NCBI GenBank assembly: GCA_964016885.1 | Contig: OZ024746.1 | Coordinates: forward strand, 39,742,001-39,806,000 | Origin: Eledone cirrhosa | Taxonomy: Eukaryota | Direction of reading: 5' to 3' | DNA: 64,000 nt | Shown: piece after piece, positions 58,827 to 64,000 of the stretch | Layout: each line of letters begins with the position of its first letter | Numbering within the stretch: position 1 is the first letter of the stretch | Translations under genes and position numbers: made by a program | Notes under the pieces: model-generated | The model's database searches: none | Told to the model about the DNA's origin: nothing | The model's input: the letters and a program-made list of their open reading frames with translations, nothing else

Positions 58827-59266
58827 ATAATATATATACATATAATGTATCTTTTCTCTTCCTTTCTCTAAGTCAGTCTTCCCCATTTGTAACCATCTAT
58901 CGCCCTCCTACGATCTGTTTATCAGTGCCTTTCTCTTTTTTATAATCGCCTTCTTTGAAGCATTTCATTCTATGTGTCACATCTCGCACACACGTTTGCT
59001 CTCTCTCACTCTCTCACTCACTCTCTCTCACTCTTTCTCTCTCTCTCTTTCACACACTCTCTCTTTTTTCTCTCTCTCTCTCTCTTTCTCTCTCAATCTT
59101 CCTCGTGCTCTTTCTCTTTCTAATTTTCTCTCGCAATTTGTCTTTAAATTCTAGTTCCTCTCTCATTCCTTTCATCTATATCTTTCACTCTCACACATCA
59201 TTTCTCACTCTCAACCTCGCTCTGTCTCTCTCCGCTCTCTCTCATCTCCCTCACTCGCTCCCTCGT

Positions 59267-59298
<32 letters not shown>

Positions 59299-59915
59299 GC
59301 TCTCTCTTTCTTTCTTGCTCACTTTCTCGCTCTCCCTTTCACTCTCATCTAATTTATCAAAACTCTCAATGACAATTAATACAACACACGCCAACAATTG
59401 ATCAGTAATTACACACCACCACCACTACCATATCCTCCATTCACTATCACAGATATCTCCATCACCACCACCACCACCACCACCACCACCATCCCCGCCA
59501 TCATATCCCCCCACCCCCACCCCCATCACCATACAGCCCACCCATTCCACCTACCCACCCAACTTATACTTCTCCTGCTTCTTTTACGTCGTCTTATCTC
59601 ACCTTATTGGCTCGTAAAAGATATAGATTGGATAATGGTATGCGTGTTTGTGATAATGTTTATGGTAGTGATGATATTAGAGGTGGCGGTGCCGATGACG
59701 GTGGTGGTGGTGGTGGTGGTGGTGGTGGTTATAGTGGTGGGGCTAGAACGAACCTAGTGATTAATGACCCAAGTTCGATACCTGCCTGGCACACTGACTC
59801 GATGGCGAACTCATCATGGTCAAGTAGATAATTAATAACAAATAAATGTGTAAAATGTTAGATTTTTTTTCACTTTATTTTAGTTAGTGTTTATAATCTC
59901 TCTCTCTCTCTATTT

Positions 59916-59997
<82 letters not shown>

Positions 59998-60267
59998 GTG
60001 TGTATGTAAAAGACAAAAAGAGTTGTGGAGAGGTGGGAAAGAGAGGGGCGACATTTCTAGAGATGTGTGGTAGATATGGTGAACATGAAAGTATTACAGA
60101 GAAGAGAAGGGTAAAGAGAAAGGGGTGGACGACGAAAGAAGAATGGAAGAATCACACCAGATTGATAGGTTATTGATCTGACAGAAAATCAATTAATCAC
60201 TGCTAATAGTCGAGAAGGTTTAGCGAGAGGGCATTGTACTGTAGTTCACACATATAAAATCATGACG

Positions 60268-60299
<32 letters not shown>

Positions 60300-60425
60300 A
60301 CAAGCATGCGTATGTTTCTGCAAGTGTGCGTTAGTGCGTACACACACGCACATTCCCACATACACACTCACTTATCCCTCACACACACACACTCACTTAC
60401 ACGTACGCAAACACACACACATCTA

Positions 60426-60478
<53 letters not shown>

Positions 60479-60485
60479 GTATACG

Positions 60486-60548
<63 letters not shown>

Positions 60549-60855
60549 GGGAAATTAAAACGTTATGGGTTTCTTTACAACTTCAGCATGATTTGAACTG
60601 CGAATGTAATGACTCAGAACCAATGCAGTAAAGTATTTTGTCCGATGCTCTAACGATTCTAGCAATCCACCACCTCAATCATTCTAAAATATTAACTGGC
60701 ATCATTTAACTAGATATTAACTAGATATTTATGCCTTTATTAAAGGTACCAGGGACCTCAGGGAAGTGAAATGGCTTCAAGTGAAAATCGAAACAAAGTT
60801 GCAGAATTTATTTGCTTCAAACTTTGCTTAACTTTGGGATTTTAGAGATAATCAG

Positions 60856-61901
60856 CTTGTAGCATCTATATTATTATATTATACTCCTACTTGTAGCATC
60901 TATATTATTATATTATACTTCTACTTGTAACATCTATATTATTATATTATACTTCTACTTGTAACTTCTATATTATTATATTATACTTCTACTTGTAACA
61001 TCTATATTATTATATTATACTTCTACTTGTAACTTCTATATTATTATATTATACTTCTACTTGTAACATCAATATTATTATATTATACTTCTACTTGTAA
61101 CATCTATATTATTATATTATACTTCTACTTGTAGCATCTATATTATTATATTATACTTCTACTTGTAACATCTATATTATTATATTATACTTCTACTTGT
61201 AACTTCTATATTATTATATTATACTTCTACTTGTAACATCAATATTATTATATTATACTTCTACTTGTAACATCTATATTATTATATTATACTTCTACTT
61301 GTAGCATCTATATTATTATATTATACTTCTACTTGTAACTTCTATATTATTATATTATACTTCTACTTGTAACATCTATATTATTATATTATACTTCTAC
61401 TTGTAGCATCTATATTATTATATTATACTTCTACTTGTAACATCTATATTATTATATTATACTTCTACTTGTAACATCTATATTATTATATTATACTTCT
61501 ACTTGTAACTTCTATATTATTATATTATACTTCTACTTGTAACTTCTATATTATTATATTATACTTCTACTTGTAACATCTATATTATTATATTATACTT
61601 CTACTTGTAACTTCTATATTATTATATTATACTTCTACTTGTAGCATCTATATTATTATATTATACTTCTACTTGTAACATCTATATTATTATATTATAC
61701 TTCTACTTGTAACATCTATATTATTATATTATACTTCTACTTGTAGCATCTATATTATTATATTATACTTCTACTTGTAGCATCTATATTATTATATTAT
61801 ACTTCTACTTGTAGCATCTATATTATTATATTATACTTCTACTTGTAGCATCAATATTATTATATTATACTTCTACTTGTAGCATCAATATTATTATATT
61901 A
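60856..61901. repeat. 34-bp minisatellite, about 31 copies (ACTTCTACTTGTARCWTCTATATTATTATATTAT)
   Basis: Head-to-tail units with no spacers. Confidence 0.97.
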
Positions 61902-62957
61902 AGTAGCTTCAACATTTGCCTTAGGGCTGGGGTGGGAGTGGAGGTAGAGGCGGACCGGAGTGAGGTGGAGATTTATCAGCAGCAGCCTATATTCAGATTC
62001 ACAGTTTACAGTAGATGTGTGGGATTTTAACACAGAATGTAATAGGCTGTAACTCTATGCTATAAAGCATGTTGTCCGATGCACTACCGATACTGCCAAT
62101 CCACTGCTCAAGACAATGAATATTAATAATATTTTTTTGAAATCGAATGTATGTAGTAAATGTTCATTAAAGAGAGAATCAGCTAACTCAGTATATCAAC
62201 ATTTCAAAAATCAGAATTTTGTAGGAGATATGAACGATGGAATGGCCTCCGACACATAACGGAACATAGTTTGTAATGACATCGACCTCGACAAGAAACG
62301 AAAGGTCATGAATGAGGTGTAGAACAGTCGCAGTTCAGTTATGATACCCATACTATGTTTAACACGCATACGTACACACAGAGATGCATATAGATATTTA
62401 AATATACACATGTATATATACAAATATATACACATACATATATGTATATATATATATATATTAGAAAGTGAGGTTTTTTTTACAAAATGAAAAATAACCG
62501 AGGTGTCCAACACGAGTGAAAGTATAAAGAAAAAGAGATGAAATAGAAAATGCAACTGGAGTCTTATTTTTTTTTTAAATATATATATTTATTTGGTTCC
62601 TTTACCGGTTTCGCAGTTCTTCTGCTTTTCAAAAGGTGAGTTGAGATGGAGGGTCTGTGGTTTTTCTCACATATATATAAATTACAGAATAATCAAAACT
62701 ATGTTCAAAGCATTTTATTGCTGACAATCGCTTCTTCCAAACATTCGTTTGGAATCATCGGAGCATTGGCAAAGTTTAAACATATAATTAACCTCCTATT
62801 CCACAGAACAATCGTAAAGATATGTAGATATGTAGTGTATTACATTGAGCTATTTTTCATACTGGTATTAAGGTGGTAAAAAATAAAAAAAATACTGACC
62901 TCTCTTGTTTATAATTATATATACTATATATATAAGTATAAATAATATTATTATTAT

Positions 62958-63249
62958 ACGGCCCTTTAGGGTCTGAGTTCAAATCCCGCCGAGGTTAACT
63001 TTGCTTTTCATCCTTATGGGTCGATAAAATAAAGTACCAGTAATACACTGGGATAATTGCTGGCCTTGTGCCGCCGTGGATTGGCAGTATCGGTAGAGGG
63101 TCGGACGCCATGCTTTCCAGCATAGTTACGTCCCTTTACGATCTGAGTTCAAATCCCGCCGAGGTTGACTTTGCCTTTCATGATTACGGGGTCGATAAAA
63201 TAAAGTACCAGTAATGCACTGGCCTTGTGCCTAAAGTAGAAACAATTAT
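62958..63249 (+). mobile_element. Two tandem SINE family A copies (truncated ~62958-63072, full ~63073-63249)
   Basis: Two B boxes and two bodies in direct tandem. Confidence 0.85.
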
Positions 63250-63259
63250 ATAAATACTA

Positions 63260-63367
<108 letters not shown>

Positions 63368-64000
63368 TATGTGTGTGTGTGTCTGTGTGCGTGTGGTTGT
63401 ACTTGTGTAATTAACTAAATGTCTGAACTGAACTGCGACACCTGGTTATTGTTGTCACGAAAAATCACTTTGAAGGCGGCAGTACTTCACAACGAAGATG
63501 AAGGCTAAATATACATCTTCACAGAGACATCACAATCAAACGTCGCACATCAAACATAACTATATTGGAAAGACTTACAGAGCAATAGTGTTAATTCTGT
63601 TGGGGTAAACATTTTAACTATACCGGAAGGTTGATATTTCATTGAAAATGATAGCAATCCATCGACAGGAAATCCATGATGTTCTCGCTGGAACTAAGAT
63701 ATCAATTGAAACACACTGAGAATATATAGCCAACTAAAGTAAAGATTTCATTATATCATCAAAGAAGGATCGTGTGATCTTTGGAAAATTTATGTTGCAG
63801 CGGTGACTTCTAAGATATCAGCTGTTGAAAGCGGAAGTTCCCAAGATCTGAGACTGCAAATTTTGATGTTTTTCTTTCTATATTTATCTATTGGTTTGGT
63901 TTGATGAAGCTAGTTGGTTATCACATTAAAACTTTATCTGCTTATACCGATTATAGACATTATATACATTCCCTCTTGATCTCCCTCACTTTGTTCTTTG

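Noticed and set aside
60856-61901. CRISPR-like array (34-bp repeats)
   Set aside because: No unique spacers, no cas genes and a eukaryotic context; it is a plain minisatellite.

Overview
This is AT-rich, microsatellite-saturated animal DNA with no confidently identifiable host gene; the repeat content suggests a coleoid cephalopod such as octopus (inference). Almost all ORFs in the six-frame track are translations of microsatellites. The only large real ORF is a Penelope-like retroelement (PLE) of Naiad type: a reverse transcriptase (RT) followed by a C-terminal GIY-YIG endonuclease. It is present as a very young ~9.7 kb hairpin insertion (47458-57121, ~4.5 kb arms) in a (TA)n array. At least nine other short PLE-derived families recur in the window, nearly all in (TA)n, mostly with the same layout: inverted copy, 5'-truncated copy, then a short unpaired 3' tail. 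Most carry a type I hammerhead ribozyme (HHR), including a U3-A8 core variant and a variant with a ~100-116 nt covarying helix II. The tails of nine otherwise dissimilar families (the large element's family included) begin with the same covarying bulged hairpin, RCTC-stem-loop-stem'-TN-GAGY. It usually sits 4-6 nt downstream of the point where the tail-less arm ends, making it a candidate cis-acting RNA signal for PLE priming. Also present are many tRNA-derived SINEs, tandem RTE-derived non-autonomous elements in (ACAT)n, two CRE-type endonuclease fragments, mariner- and hAT-like MITEs, and mini/microsatellites.
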